Shown: positions 29,024 to 38,930, counted from the first letter of the stretch. The stretch: 62,077 bases of DNA from an uncultured Opitutia bacterium (GCA_903940425.1 CAJAKX010000052.1:1-62077); one strand, 5' to 3'. Notes: generated by a model from the sequence alone, not told the origin. Translations and numbers: made by a program.

Positions 29024-31105
29024 ATGATGTCCTACTGCGCGTCTCGTTTCCAAACCGTACGCCGCCCCACCGTTGAGGTGAAAGTGGGCGCCGTCGGCGT
29101 CGGCGGGTCGAATCCGATCCGACTCCAGTCAATGACCACGAGCGACACGCAGGACATCGAGGCCACCGTAAGGCAGTGCATCGTGCTGGCCGAAGTGGGG
29201 TGCGAGATCGTCCGCATCACCGCGCCGAACGTGCCGGCGGCGAAATGCCTGCGGTCCATCCGGGAAAAATTCACCGCCGCCGGCTTCGATCATGTGCCGC
29301 TGGTCGCCGACATCCATTTCCTCCCCTCGATGGCGATGGAGGCGGTCGAGCATGTTGAAAAGGTGCGCGTCAATCCCGGCAATTACGCCGACAAGAAAAA
29401 GTTTGCCACCCGCGAGTACACCGATGCCGAGTACGGGCAGGAATTGCAGCGGCTCCACGACGCGTTTTTACCGCTCGTCCGGCGCTGCCGGGAACTCGGC
29501 CGGGCGTTGCGCATCGGGACCAACCACGGTTCGCTCTCCGACCGCATCATGAACCGCTATGGCGACACGCCGCTCGGGATGGTCGAAAGCGCGCTCGAGT
29601 TCGTGCGCATCGCCGAGTCAGAAGGCTTTCACGACATCATCCTGTCGATGAAGGCCAGCAACCCCAAGATCATGATCCAGGCCTACCGGTTGCTCGTGGA
29701 AAAGATGGACGCGGCGCATCGTCCCTATCCGCTGCATCTTGGCGTCACGGAGGCTGGCGACGGCGAGGACGGCCGCATCAAGGGCGCCATCGGCATTGGC
29801 TCCCTCCTGCTTGACGGCCTGGGCGACACGATTCGCGTCTCGCTCACCGAGGATTCGGTCTACGAAATTCCGGTTGCCCGGGCGATCGCTGAAAAGGCGA
29901 TGAGCTTGTGGTCAAAACCGGAAGAGGGAGACCGGAAACCGGATGGTCCCACCATCGCGTCCATCGACTCTCCGGTCTCCGCGGACTCCATCGATCCCTT
30001 TCATTTCACACGACGCGAGACGCATGTCCTGTCTCTTTCGGATCGTTGCAGTGTCGGCCCAGCGCAGCCGCCGCGCGTCATCGTGCGGGTTCCGGAACCG
30101 GATCATCTCGCCAAGGCCGCCAGGGAACTGGGTGGACCCTCGCTCAAGGATACACCCGTGGAAGGCTTGATGGTGCCGGTGGCCGACGCCGAGACGCTGG
30201 CCGGGCTTCGCCGGATCCTGGACGAGGTGAAACTCCCGGTCGATTTTCTCGTGCTCGATCTGGCAGAGACCCTTGCGCCCACCGACCTGGCCGGTTTCGT
30301 TTCCGCCAGTCGTGGCCGCCTGGTGCTGTGTCGGCGTTTCCGGCCCTCCGCGGGCAGGCAGCTGGCTGACATGGCGGAACTCGCGCGCCGCCATGGCCAT
30401 TTCCTCGCCATCGACATGGCGATCGCCGATTTTCCTGCGTTTACCGACACTTTCCGGTCGCTCGGTGACAACCGCCTGATCTTCACCCTCTCCTCCCTTG
30501 GTGCGCCCGCCGCCTGTTGCTCCCACGCGCTCGGTGCCTATCGCCAGCTGGCCGAACACCTGCTCCGCCTTGGTTTCCGGGCACCGCTCTGGATTCGCAA
30601 CACCGCCGCCACCGCCACGCGTAATGACACCAGTTTTCTCGGCCGGCTGCTTGAAGCCAGCATTCTCACGGGCGGTCTCCTCTGCGACGGCCTGGGTGAT
30701 CTGGTGAGCATTGAAACCGAGGCCGACCTGATGCGCGCCGCCAAACTTGCCTACAACGTGCTGCAGGGCGCCGGTGCGCGTATTTCCAAGACCGAGTTTG
30801 TCGCCTGTCCGAGCTGTGGCCGCACTCTCTTTGATCTGCAGACCACCACCCAGCGCATCCGGGAAAAGACCGGTCATCTCAAGGGAGTAAAGATTGCCAT
30901 CATGGGCTGCATCGTGAACGGCCCGGGTGAAATGGCCGATGCGGACTTTGGCTACGTGGGCGGCGCGCCCGGCAAAATCAACCTCTACGTCGGAAAGAGC
31001 TGCGTGCAGTACAACATTCCGCAGGCCGAGGCGGACGACCGTTTGATCGCTCTGATCAAAGCGCACGGCAAATGGCTGGAGCCCTCATTGCCCATGGCGC
31101 CATGA
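29024..31105 (+). CDS. ispG: 4-hydroxy-3-methylbut-2-enyl diphosphate synthase, long form with inserted domain
   Basis: Trimmed to ATG 29024 (MMSYCASRFQTVRRPTVEVKVGAVGVGGSNPIRLQSMT). TIM-barrel part and C-terminal 4Fe-4S part (FVACPSCGRTLFDL...GCIVNGPGE) are separated by an insert of about 270 aa, as in the plant/chlamydial/Bacteroidetes-type GcpE. Confidence 0.93.
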   Translation: MMSYCASRFQTVRRPTVEVKVGAVGVGGSNPIRLQSMTTSDTQDIEATVRQCIVLAEVGCEIVRITAPNVPAAKCLRSIREKFTAAGFDHVPLVADIHFLPSMAMEAVEHVEKVRVNPGNYADKKKFATREYTDAEYGQELQRLHDAFLPLVRRCRELGRALRIGTNHGSLSDRIMNRYGDTPLGMVESALEFVRIAESEGFHDIILSMKASNPKIMIQAYRLLVEKMDAAHRPYPLHLGVTEAGDGEDGRIKGAIGIGSLLLDGLGDTIRVSLTEDSVYEIPVARAIAEKAMSLWSKPEEGDRKPDGPTIASIDSPVSADSIDPFHFTRRETHVLSLSDRCSVGPAQPPRVIVRVPEPDHLAKAARELGGPSLKDTPVEGLMVPVADAETLAGLRRILDEVKLPVDFLVLDLAETLAPTDLAGFVSASRGRLVLCRRFRPSAGRQLADMAELARRHGHFLAIDMAIADFPAFTDTFRSLGDNRLIFTLSSLGAPAACCSHALGAYRQLAEHLLRLGFRAPLWIRNTAATATRNDTSFLGRLLEASILTGGLLCDGLGDLVSIETEADLMRAAKLAYNVLQGAGARISKTEFVACPSCGRTLFDLQTTTQRIREKTGHLKGVKIAIMGCIVNGPGEMADADFGYVGGAPGKINLYVGKSCVQYNIPQAEADDRLIALIKAHGKWLEPSLPMAP

Positions 31106-31153
31106 CCGCCCCCCTGCGAGTACGCCGACCGGCTTCCCTTAACAGCCACCCCG

Positions 31154-31201
31154 CGTCACGACAACGTCACTACCGTCACATGACCGTGACTTATTCGTGA
31201 C
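31154..31201. repeat. Five phased CGTCAC / GTGACG hexamers (3 direct + 2 inverted) just after ispG
   Basis: CGTCAC at 31154, 31165 and 31174. The complement CGTGAC at 31185 and 31196. Spacing is 9-11 bp, roughly one helical turn. Confidence 0.6.
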
Positions 31202-31314
31202 GTTCGACGGTGTGCCGCGATCGCGTAGTGAATGTTTTATTACGCCTGCCACGCTGCTTGTGCGTTCGGGCTTCCGTCTGTTTAAAAAATGGCAACCAGC
31301 AAATGCGGAGGTGG

Positions 31315-31323
31315 TGTGAATAA
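31315..31323. promoter_or_regulatory. DnaA box, perfect match to TTATNCACA (TTATTCACA on the minus strand)
   Basis: TGTGAATAA on the plus strand. A weaker neighbour TGTGGGAAA lies at 31326-31334 (2 mismatches). Confidence 0.6.
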
Positions 31324-31598
31324 CTTGTGGGAAAGTTGCTCTTGAAATGCATTTTGTGATTCACGTTACTGCGCAAATCGGTTCTATTACTCGGTACCTC
31401 ATTTGTTCTTTCCCACGTCCGCAGTCCGTTTTTCTCTGCAAGCTCTCGGGGAGTTTCCCCTACCCTCTGGTCTTCAATGTTTTATTCCAACGATTAGCCT
31501 GCCTCCAGACCCACCAAGACCGGACATGCCTTTCTCCTCTGAGCGAGCGAGGGAATTCTGCCCTGCAGGACGCGTGCAAAGAGCCTCTTTTGAGGCCG

Positions 31599-31607
31599 TG
31601 TGAATAA
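31599..31607. promoter_or_regulatory. DnaA box, perfect match to TTATNCACA, 21 nt upstream of the dnaA ATG
   Basis: TGTGAATAA on the plus strand, same orientation as the box at 31315. The position suggests dnaA autoregulation. Confidence 0.6.
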
Positions 31608-31628
31608 TCTCTTTCCTTTGCCTGCTCC

Positions 31629-33047
31629 ATGCCCTCATTGACCCTCCCGTCCAGCCTTTGGGAAACCGTCAAATGTGACTTCAAGGGGCTATTCCCTGAG
31701 GATGTCTTCCAGATGTGGTTTGAGCCCATCGTCTGCCTCGAAACGACCGAGGACTCCATTGCGCTCGGCGTGCCTAACGACTTCGCAGCGATCTGGATCC
31801 ACGACAACTACCTCGACCTCATTACCCAGCGCCTGCGCCTCACTGCCGGCCGCCTGATCAACGTTTCCCTGAAGGTTCATCATCCCGGGCCTGCGACCAA
31901 GCCCACCCCCGGCTCCTTGGCTGCCGGCAACGGCGACCATGACACTCTGCCAGCCCCCGCGCACCATAATCGCGTGCGGGCCACGCCGCGCCGGGCAGGC
32001 CGTTACGATGAAAAGTGCCCCAACGCCGGCACGCTCAACCCCCGCAACACTTTCGAAAACTTCGTCGTCGGCGCCAATAACCAGCTGGCCCATGCCGCCG
32101 CCCTGGCCGTGGCGCAGGCGCCGGCTCAAGCCTTCAATCCGTTATTCATCTACGGCGATACCGGCCTCGGCAAGACGCACCTGATGCACGCCGTGGGGCA
32201 CAGCATCCTTCGCAACAACCCCGACGCCAAGGTCGCGTACCTCTCCACCGAGAAGTTTACCAACGAGTTCATTCAGGCACTGCAGGAAAACAGCCTCACC
32301 CGTTTCCGCCAGCGCTACCGCAACGTCGACGTGCTCCTGCTCGACGACGTGCAGTTCCTCAGCAACAAGGAGCGCATCCAGGAGGAATTCTTCCACACCT
32401 TCAACGACGTCTTCGAATCGGGCAAGCAGGTGGTCCTCTCCAGTGACCGTCCCGCCAGCGAGATCGCCAAGCTCGAATCACGCCTGGTTTCGCGCTTCCA
32501 GTGGGGCTACGTGGCCGACATCCAGTCGCCCGACCTGGAGACGCGCGTCGCCATTCTCCGCACGAAGGCCGCCTGCCTGAAGTTCGACGTTCCTCCGGCC
32601 GTAATCAATTTCATCGCCCAGCACATCTCCAAGAACATCCGCCGCCTCGAAGGTGCGCTCATCAAGGTGGCCAGCTATTCCGCCCTCACCAACAAGGCCC
32701 TCGACCTGCCCACCGTTGAGATGCTGCTGCAGGATGTGCTTATGGAGCAGGCGCAAAACCTGCTCACCCTCGAGACCATCCAGAAGCGGGTGGCCGACCA
32801 TTACCAGATCCGCCACAGCGACATGACGAGCAAACGCCGCCCCGCCAACATCGCCCTGCCCCGGCAGATCGCCATGTACCTGGCCCGCCAGCTTACCAAG
32901 CATTCGCTGCAGGAGATTGGCGACGCGTTTGGCGGGCGCGACCACGGCACCGTCATCCATGCCTGCAAAACCGTCGAGAACATGATGGAGCAGGACGACT
33001 CCGTCCGCGGCAGCGTCGAATTTCTGAGGGCCCAACTCTCCAAGTAG
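31629..33047 (+). CDS. dnaA: Chromosomal replication initiator protein DnaA
   Basis: 472 aa. N-terminal LWETVK...FQMWFEPI, AAA+ core NPLFIYGDTGLGKTHLMHA and LLLDDVQFL, domain IV IALPRQIAMYLARQLT..SLQEIGDAFGGRDHGTVIHA. Confidence 0.97.
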   Translation: MPSLTLPSSLWETVKCDFKGLFPEDVFQMWFEPIVCLETTEDSIALGVPNDFAAIWIHDNYLDLITQRLRLTAGRLINVSLKVHHPGPATKPTPGSLAAGNGDHDTLPAPAHHNRVRATPRRAGRYDEKCPNAGTLNPRNTFENFVVGANNQLAHAAALAVAQAPAQAFNPLFIYGDTGLGKTHLMHAVGHSILRNNPDAKVAYLSTEKFTNEFIQALQENSLTRFRQRYRNVDVLLLDDVQFLSNKERIQEEFFHTFNDVFESGKQVVLSSDRPASEIAKLESRLVSRFQWGYVADIQSPDLETRVAILRTKAACLKFDVPPAVINFIAQHISKNIRRLEGALIKVASYSALTNKALDLPTVEMLLQDVLMEQAQNLLTLETIQKRVADHYQIRHSDMTSKRRPANIALPRQIAMYLARQLTKHSLQEIGDAFGGRDHGTVIHACKTVENMMEQDDSVRGSVEFLRAQLSK

Positions 33048-33092
33048 CAACGCCAGGTGCCCCCCAATATCTCGCCCATGGTGTCCGTCCTG

Positions 33093-33128
33093 TCCCCCGC
33101 CAGCATTCTGCGGGGGATTTTGTTTGTT
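33093..33128 (+). terminator. Intrinsic terminator after dnaA
   Basis: 8-bp stem TCCCCCGC / GCGGGGGA with a 9-nt loop, followed by TTTTGTTTGTT. Confidence 0.7.
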
Positions 33129-33236
33129 GCCGCCGGCCGCTCAGGGGGATCCGGAGTGCGCTGTCTACGGTGAGAATAAAATCTGGTTTCTAAGCAGCCC
33201 CACATTATGCGAGGCTTATTTCCACGCCCCATTCCC

Positions 33237-34562
33237 ATGAAAAAGTCCCAGGCCCACTTCCCTAAAATCCCGCCCATCGCCTACGAAGGCCCGAAATCGG
33301 CGGATCCCCTCTCGTTCAGGCACTATAATCCCGCCGAGATCATCGATGGCAGGTCGCTGAGGGATCACCTCCGTTTCTCCATCGCCTACTGGCACTCCTT
33401 TCGCGGAGTCGGCGCCGATCCGTTCGGCTGGGGCACCATCGTCCGTCCCTGGGAGAGCGGCCGCGATCCCCTCGCCGTCGCCCGGACGCGCATGGACGCC
33501 GCCTTTGAGTTTTTCGTGAAGATTCAAGCGCCGTTCTGGTGCTTCCACGATCGCGACATCGCACCCGAGGGCCGCTCACTCGCCGAGTCCAACCGGAACC
33601 TCGACAGGCTCGTCGCCCACGCGAAACAACTCCAAAAGGCCACGGGCGTAAAACTCCTGTGGGGCACGGCCAATCTCTTCTCGAATCCACGCTACATGTG
33701 CGGTGCCGCCACCAACCCCGATGCCCATGTCTTCGCCTATGCCGCCGCGCAGGTGAAGAAGGCGCTGGAGGTCACCAAGGAGTTGGGGGGAGAGAACTAC
33801 GTCTTCTGGGGCGGCCGCGAAGGCTATGAGACCCTCCTCAACACCGACCTCAAGCGCGAGCAGGAACATTTGGCTGCGTTCCTGCACATGGCGGTCGATT
33901 ATGCCAAGGCCATCGGCTTCAAGGGCCAGTTCCTCATCGAGCCGAAACCCAAGGAGCCCACGAAGCATCAGTATGACTTCGATGTCGCCGCTGGCCTCGC
34001 TTTTTTGAAGACCCACGGCCTCGACAGGCACTTCAAGTTCAACATCGAAACCAACCACGCCACCCTGGCCGGCCATACCTTCCAGCACGAAATCGAGACC
34101 GCGGCGGCGCATGGCATGCTCGGCTCGATCGACGCCAACACCGGCGACCTGCTGCTCGGGTGGGACACCGACCAGTTCAACACCGACGTCAAGGAACTCA
34201 CCCTCGCCATGGTCTCCATTCTGCGCGCCGGCGGCCTTGGCGCGGGCGGCTTCAATTTCGACGCCAAGCTGCGCCGCCCCTCCATTGACCTCGAAGACCT
34301 CTTCTACGCGCACATCGGCGGTTTCGACACCTATGCGCTGGCCTTCAAGCTCGCGCGCCGCATTCTCGCCGAGGGCAAGTTCACCCAGTTCGTTGCCGCC
34401 CGTTACAACAGCTACAACGCGGGCTTCGGGCGCGACATCGAATCGGGCCGGGTCGGCTTCAAGGAATTGGAGAAGATCGCGCTCACACTGGGCGAACCTC
34501 TTCCGCACAGCGGACGGCAGGAATACCTCGAAAACCTGTTGAACCAGTACCTGCACGGCTGA
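33237..34562 (+). CDS. xylA: Xylose isomerase
   Basis: Trimmed to ATG 33237 ([21 protein letters not shown]). [52 protein letters not shown]. Confidence 0.95.
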   Translation: MKKSQAHFPKIPPIAYEGPKSADPLSFRHYNPAEIIDGRSLRDHLRFSIAYWHSFRGVGADPFGWGTIVRPWESGRDPLAVARTRMDAAFEFFVKIQAPFWCFHDRDIAPEGRSLAESNRNLDRLVAHAKQLQKATGVKLLWGTANLFSNPRYMCGAATNPDAHVFAYAAAQVKKALEVTKELGGENYVFWGGREGYETLLNTDLKREQEHLAAFLHMAVDYAKAIGFKGQFLIEPKPKEPTKHQYDFDVAAGLAFLKTHGLDRHFKFNIETNHATLAGHTFQHEIETAAAHGMLGSIDANTGDLLLGWDTDQFNTDVKELTLAMVSILRAGGLGAGGFNFDAKLRRPSIDLEDLFYAHIGGFDTYALAFKLARRILAEGKFTQFVAARYNSYNAGFGRDIESGRVGFKELEKIALTLGEPLPHSGRQEYLENLLNQYLHG

Positions 34563-34589
34563 GCCGGCTCCCCAGCCATGTTTCTTCCG

Positions 34590-34615
34590 GGCGCGGCCGA
34601 AAGCCGCGCCTTTTT
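34590..34615 (+). terminator. Intrinsic terminator after xylA
   Basis: 8-bp GC stem GGCGCGGC / GCCGCGCC, loop CGAAA, then TTTTT. Confidence 0.75.
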
Positions 34616-34634
34616 CATGTCCCCGGCGATCGAT

Positions 34635-35276
34635 TCACGCGGCTGGTCCGTGGCCGGAAGGATTGTGACCCGGTAATTCCGGATGCGGGGCGGCAGTCGC
34701 AAGTCCAGCTGCACCGGCGCGCCGTTCCGCCCGGCGGCGCAAGGCGCGGCGGATGGTGAGCTTCACTCCCCAGTGGTAGAACGCAAGCGCCAGCAGCACC
34801 CCGCAGGCGGAGTAAAAGAGCCCCTCAACCGTCGTTGGCACCGCCGGTTTGAAGATCGTCCATGTTGCGTGGACGATGGAAAAATCGAGGTGCCGGAGGA
34901 AAACGAACGGCCGGCTTAATATCGAAGCCTGCCGGATGGCCGCGTCCGCCGCGGCCAGTGCGTCCACCCGTGTCATCGTTTCCTGGATCACCCGCCCGAG
35001 CCGCGCCACCGTTGGTTCACTGCTGCCCAGACTCCGCGCGATCAACTGGTCGAGCGTGAGGTCCGAGTGCGCCGCCACCGCCCGGAACTGTTCCAGTTGC
35101 CGCCGCGCCTCATCGAGATGCCCGCCCAGCCGTTGCAGATACTGCTGGATGAACTCCGGCAGTTGCGAGAACAGCACGGCCCCCACGACGCACAGCAGGC
35201 GATCGAGCAATCCCTCGCCGGCGGTCAGCAAGGAGCGAATCGGTTGGTTCCAGCGCATGGGAGGAGGATTGATCAA
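34635..35276 (-). CDS. Hypothetical membrane-associated protein, DUF2937-like
   Basis: FSQLPEFIQQYLQRLGGHLDEARRQL resembles the N-terminal motif I associate with DUF2937. Has a C-terminal hydrophobic helix. Start is TTG 35276 (GGAG upstream) or ATG 35258. Confidence 0.6.
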   Translation of the reverse strand: MINPPPMRWNQPIRSLLTAGEGLLDRLLCVVGAVLFSQLPEFIQQYLQRLGGHLDEARRQLEQFRAVAAHSDLTLDQLIARSLGSSEPTVARLGRVIQETMTRVDALAAADAAIRQASILSRPFVFLRHLDFSIVHATWTIFKPAVPTTVEGLFYSACGVLLALAFYHWGVKLTIRRALRRRAERRAGAAGLATAAPHPELPGHNPSGHGPAA

Positions 35277-35351
35277 TTTCTCCGCCGGGCAAGCCTCCGT
35301 CGTCCCTGTCCGGCACGCCCCGGTTGCGGCCGGGTTCTGCCAGGCGCGTGC

Positions 35352-35651
35352 CTACTCCGTGTCGTAGATTTGCACACGCGTCCAGCAGCTCTTGAATTTC
35401 GCGATGAACGCCAGGTGGATCGGGTCGGCCTGATAGGCATCGTGGGCCGCCACGTCCCGGCAGATCACCGTGAGGCCGACCGCGAAGGTTTTGTCGACCA
35501 CCGGCCGGTCCGGAACGGCGGCGGGTGCGCCGACGTAGACTTTTTCAACGTGTTTGATCGCCGCCAGCGACTCAACGCCGCGGCGAAAGTCGGCGCGTTG
35601 CGCTTCAGTGAGTCCGGGTTTCAGCCAGAAAAGGACTGTGTGGATGAGCAT
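35352..35651 (-). CDS. Stress-responsive alpha/beta-barrel (Dabb) domain protein
   Basis: Trimmed to ATG 35651 (MLIHTVLFWLKPGLTEAQRADF...HDAYQADPIHLAF). 100 aa, the typical Dabb size and pattern. Confidence 0.75.
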   Translation of the reverse strand: MLIHTVLFWLKPGLTEAQRADFRRGVESLAAIKHVEKVYVGAPAAVPDRPVVDKTFAVGLTVICRDVAAHDAYQADPIHLAFIAKFKSCWTRVQIYDTE

Positions 35652-35710
35652 GGGAAAAAGGATCCAACCGGGTGATTGCAGCCGGTCCACGAGAACTTCC
35701 TGGTCCGGCC

Positions 35711-36784
35711 TTATTGAGTCTCCTTGGGGCAGGCCTCGTCATTGAGATGACATGCCACCAGATGATCGCCGGTCCGGCCGGCTGCTTCACCGATGGCGGG
35801 TTTCAATTCAGGCCGGTGTTGCTGGCACGGCGCGAAGCACTGCGGACAGCGCGGATGGAAAGCGCAGCCGGACGGCAGGCTGCCCAGATCAGCTACTTCG
35901 CCGATAATCTCAAAATTCATGCGCTGGTCGGGATCGGGCCTGGGCACGGCCGAGTGCAACGCCCGGGTGTAAGGATGCCGGGGATCTTTAAACAGCGCGG
36001 CCGTCGTCCCAAGTTCGACGATGCGGCCGGCATACATCACGGCCACGCGGTCGCAGACATGACGGATGACGTCGAGGTTGTGGGCGACAAAGATGCAGGT
36101 GAGTTTGAACTCCTCCTGCAGATCCTTCAACAGGTTGAGGACCTGAGCCTGCACGGATACGTCGAGGGCTGACACGGCCTCATCGGCCACGACCAGGGAT
36201 GGGTGCATGATGAGGGCCCGGGCGATGCCGATGCGCTGGCGCTGGCCGCCGGAAAACGCATGGGGATAGCGCGTGCGGTGCTCGGGTTTCAGTCCAATTT
36301 TCAAGAGCATGTCAGCCACGCGGTCATCGAGCTCGGCGCCCTTGGCCAGCTGATGGATGACCAGCGGCTCGCCGACGATCTGGCTCACGGTCATGCGCGG
36401 GTTGAGCGACGAGTAGGGATCTTGAAAGATCAATTGCATGGCCGGACGCAGCGGTTTGAGGGCGCGGTCGGAAAGCCTGGCAAGGTCCACCCTCCGGCCG
36501 TTGGTGCGGAACCAAACCTCGCCGGCGGTGGGGGTGAGCGCCCGTAGAATGCAGCGGGCGGCCGTGGTCTTGCCCGAGCCGGACTCGCCCACCAGTCCGA
36601 GCGTTTCGCCCGGATGCAGGTCAAAGCTCAGGTCATTCACCACGCAAATGGTGCCGGCCGCCTTTTTCAGAAAGCCCCGGCTGCGGACGGGAAAATGCTT
36701 GCTGAGGTGCCGCACGCTGAGCAGGGGCTCCCGGACATCACCGGGAGACAGGTCAGGACCAGGAGTGGAAACGGACAGACTCAT
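35711..36784 (-). CDS. ABC transporter ATP-binding protein, oligopeptide/dipeptide/nickel type (OppF/DppF-like)
   Basis: Walker A GESGSGKTT, signature FSGGQRQRIGIARAL, Walker B LVVADEAVSALD, plus the C-terminal oligopeptide-type extension (HPYTRAL...C.FHPRCP). Confidence 0.9.
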   Translation of the reverse strand: MSLSVSTPGPDLSPGDVREPLLSVRHLSKHFPVRSRGFLKKAAGTICVVNDLSFDLHPGETLGLVGESGSGKTTAARCILRALTPTAGEVWFRTNGRRVDLARLSDRALKPLRPAMQLIFQDPYSSLNPRMTVSQIVGEPLVIHQLAKGAELDDRVADMLLKIGLKPEHRTRYPHAFSGGQRQRIGIARALIMHPSLVVADEAVSALDVSVQAQVLNLLKDLQEEFKLTCIFVAHNLDVIRHVCDRVAVMYAGRIVELGTTAALFKDPRHPYTRALHSAVPRPDPDQRMNFEIIGEVADLGSLPSGCAFHPRCPQCFAPCQQHRPELKPAIGEAAGRTGDHLVACHLNDEACPKETQ

Positions 36785-36790
36785 GGGAGT

Positions 36791-37843
36791 TCACCCTGCA
36801 TGGTTATTTCCGACTGCAATCTCCTCCGCCCGGACACAGGCCACGGAATGACCCGGGGCGAGCGCGCGCAGCGCCGGGGCGCCGCCGATATCGCAGAGGC
36901 CGGTCCTGGCGTGCGGGCACCGCGGATGAAAGCCGCAGCCGGCGGGGATGGCAGTGAGCGACGGCACGGCCCCGGGAATAGCGGCAAGGCGGTCGCCGGT
37001 GTTCAGACTCGGTAACGATCTGAGCAATCCTTGCGTATACGGGTGCCCGGGGCGTTTGAGGATGTCGCGCACATTCCCGTGTTCGACGATGCGGCCGAGA
37101 TACATCACGGCGATATCATCGGCGGTCTGCGCCACGACCCCGAGATCGTGAGTGATGAACAGCACCGAGCAACCGGTGTCACGCTGGAACGCCTTGATCA
37201 GGCCGAGAATCTGGGCCTGGGTGGTCATATCAAGCGCCGTGGTCGGCTCGTCGGCGATGAGCAGCTCAGGATTGCAGACCAGCGCCATCGCGATGACAGC
37301 GCGCTGCCGCATGCCGCCGGAGATCTCATGCGGAAACTGGTCGTAACGACGCTCCGGTGCGGCCACGCCAACCCTCCGCAGCATATCGATGCCCATGCGC
37401 CGCGCCGTCGCCGCCGTGACCTCCCGGTGCAACAGGATGGCTTCGGAAATCTGGCTGCCAACCGTGTGCACGGGTGAGAGCGCTGTCATCGGCTCCTGGA
37501 AAATCATGCTCACCAGCCCGCCGCGCACTTGGTAGAGCGGATCGTCACCCTCGTCGAGCGCGGCGATGTCGATGATGCCGGCACGCCGGGAGTAAAGGAC
37601 CATCCGGCCGCGGACGATCCGGCCCGGCTTGGGAATAAGCCGGAGGATTGCATGGGCCGTGACCGATTTGCCACAGCCGGATTCCCCCACTAGCGCGAGC
37701 GTACGGCCCCGCTTGATCGAGAACGACACGCCGTCCACGGCGGGTAGCTCGCCTTGCTCGGTGAAAAAATGCACATGGAGGTCCTCAACCGTGAGAAGCA
37801 CCTCTCCATCGGTTGTGACGGGTTCCAGAGCGGGAGGCGGCAT
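36791..37843 (-). CDS. ABC transporter ATP-binding protein, oligopeptide/dipeptide/nickel type (OppD/DppD-like)
   Basis: Trimmed to ATG 37843 (MPPPALEPVTTDGEVLLTVEDLHVHF). GESGCGKS, ISGGMRQRAVIAMAL, LLIADEPTTALD, HPYTQGLL...CGFHPRCP. Confidence 0.9.
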   Translation of the reverse strand: MPPPALEPVTTDGEVLLTVEDLHVHFFTEQGELPAVDGVSFSIKRGRTLALVGESGCGKSVTAHAILRLIPKPGRIVRGRMVLYSRRAGIIDIAALDEGDDPLYQVRGGLVSMIFQEPMTALSPVHTVGSQISEAILLHREVTAATARRMGIDMLRRVGVAAPERRYDQFPHEISGGMRQRAVIAMALVCNPELLIADEPTTALDMTTQAQILGLIKAFQRDTGCSVLFITHDLGVVAQTADDIAVMYLGRIVEHGNVRDILKRPGHPYTQGLLRSLPSLNTGDRLAAIPGAVPSLTAIPAGCGFHPRCPHARTGLCDIGGAPALRALAPGHSVACVRAEEIAVGNNHAG

Positions 37844-38085
37844 GGCACTCAAGGAAGATATGGTCGGGGTTGTGGTGGCCAGCCCTGCGCAGGGCCGGTG
37901 CCACAGGCGGATGGCGATCACAAAGCGCCACCGCCTTGTTGTCATGCGAAAAAGCAGCCGGTGGCGACACAGGAAGCCGTGGGTTCGCAACCCGTTCACG
38001 TCACGATCCGTGGCCGGCATCATCGTGCCAGGCCCGGTGCGGCCCAGTGTTGCACCGGGCGGGGGAAGTCCGCAAAAGTCATGTC

Positions 38086-38847
38086 GTGCAATTCAAGCGC
38101 TCTCCTTTCTCTTCACCCTTTCCGGCGCTCCGCCAACGCGCTCATGAACCGGCCTGGCGCGGTCCGGTCGTCGTCCTTCACCTGGCATTGGTCGCCATGA
38201 TCGGCTTCACCGCCTGCGCCACGGAACGCGGAAACAAGAAAAGGCTGCTCGAGCGAGTCCCCCCGCCCCAGCCCCTCCTGACCACCAGCGCCAGATATGG
38301 GGAAGGCACTCTGGCGGTCCAGGCCTGGCTCGGCCCGTCCGTGCGTTTGCGGAAGATCGAGGGGCAGCCGGACGCCACCGAGAAAGGACCACGCGCCGGA
38401 GGACGCCGGAATTACTTTGAGGGCTCGCCGTCGCAACCAACGGATTATTTTGACCGTGCCAACGCTCCGTTTGAACAAGGGGCCAATGACTATTCGGCAG
38501 AAGAGATCGACGAAATGTACGGCCGGGTGAACTATCAGTACATCCTGCCGCCCCGCCTCGCGTTGACGTTCACCTTTGTCAACACGAGTTCCCGGGCGGT
38601 CACGATTGCCATCGCCGAGGTGAACTCGCTGCTCGGCAATTTTGCGCCCCGTCCCGAAACCCTCACCCTCGCCCCCGGCCAGGAGGGCTCGATTGATCCC
38701 ATGCTGTCAACGTTCGACAACAATTTTGAGGAGCTCGACGTCACGCTGACCCTGAAGAACGGCGGCAAGGGGGAGACGCAAGTACTGAAGCTCCGCCGGA
38801 TGCCGTCATCCACGCCCGCCACGACGGGAAATCCCCCCCAGCACTGA
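38086..38847 (+). CDS. Hypothetical protein, probable lipoprotein
   Basis: 3' part of ORF 37870..38847. Lipobox-like VVVLHLALVAMIGFTAC. Start is uncertain: GTG 38086 is the nearest in-frame start upstream of the hydrophobic segment, and ATG 38197 is the alternative. No family recognised. Confidence 0.55.
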   Translation: MQFKRSPFSSPFPALRQRAHEPAWRGPVVVLHLALVAMIGFTACATERGNKKRLLERVPPPQPLLTTSARYGEGTLAVQAWLGPSVRLRKIEGQPDATEKGPRAGGRRNYFEGSPSQPTDYFDRANAPFEQGANDYSAEEIDEMYGRVNYQYILPPRLALTFTFVNTSSRAVTIAIAEVNSLLGNFAPRPETLTLAPGQEGSIDPMLSTFDNNFEELDVTLTLKNGGKGETQVLKLRRMPSSTPATTGNPPQH

Positions 38848-38930
38848 AGCGCCCCCAATCCCTCAATGACCGGCGGATAGTTTTTGCTGTCCTTTCGAAA
38901 AGCGACCGCCACAATCGCGCCACTTCACTT

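Noticed and set aside
31350-31370. parS-like or DnaA-box-like sequence TTTGTGATTCACGTTAC upstream of dnaA.
   Set aside because: Too many mismatches to the parS consensus (TGTTNCACGTGAAACA), and 3 mismatches to the DnaA box.
33213-33226. DnaA-box-like CTTATTTCCACG downstream of dnaA.
   Set aside because: It needs a 1-nt deletion to match TTATCCACA. It lies inside the xylA leader and there is no cluster.
38848-38930. Possible riboswitch upstream of the DUF6580-like membrane protein gene.
   Set aside because: The spacer is only 83 nt and has no recognisable conserved riboswitch core.
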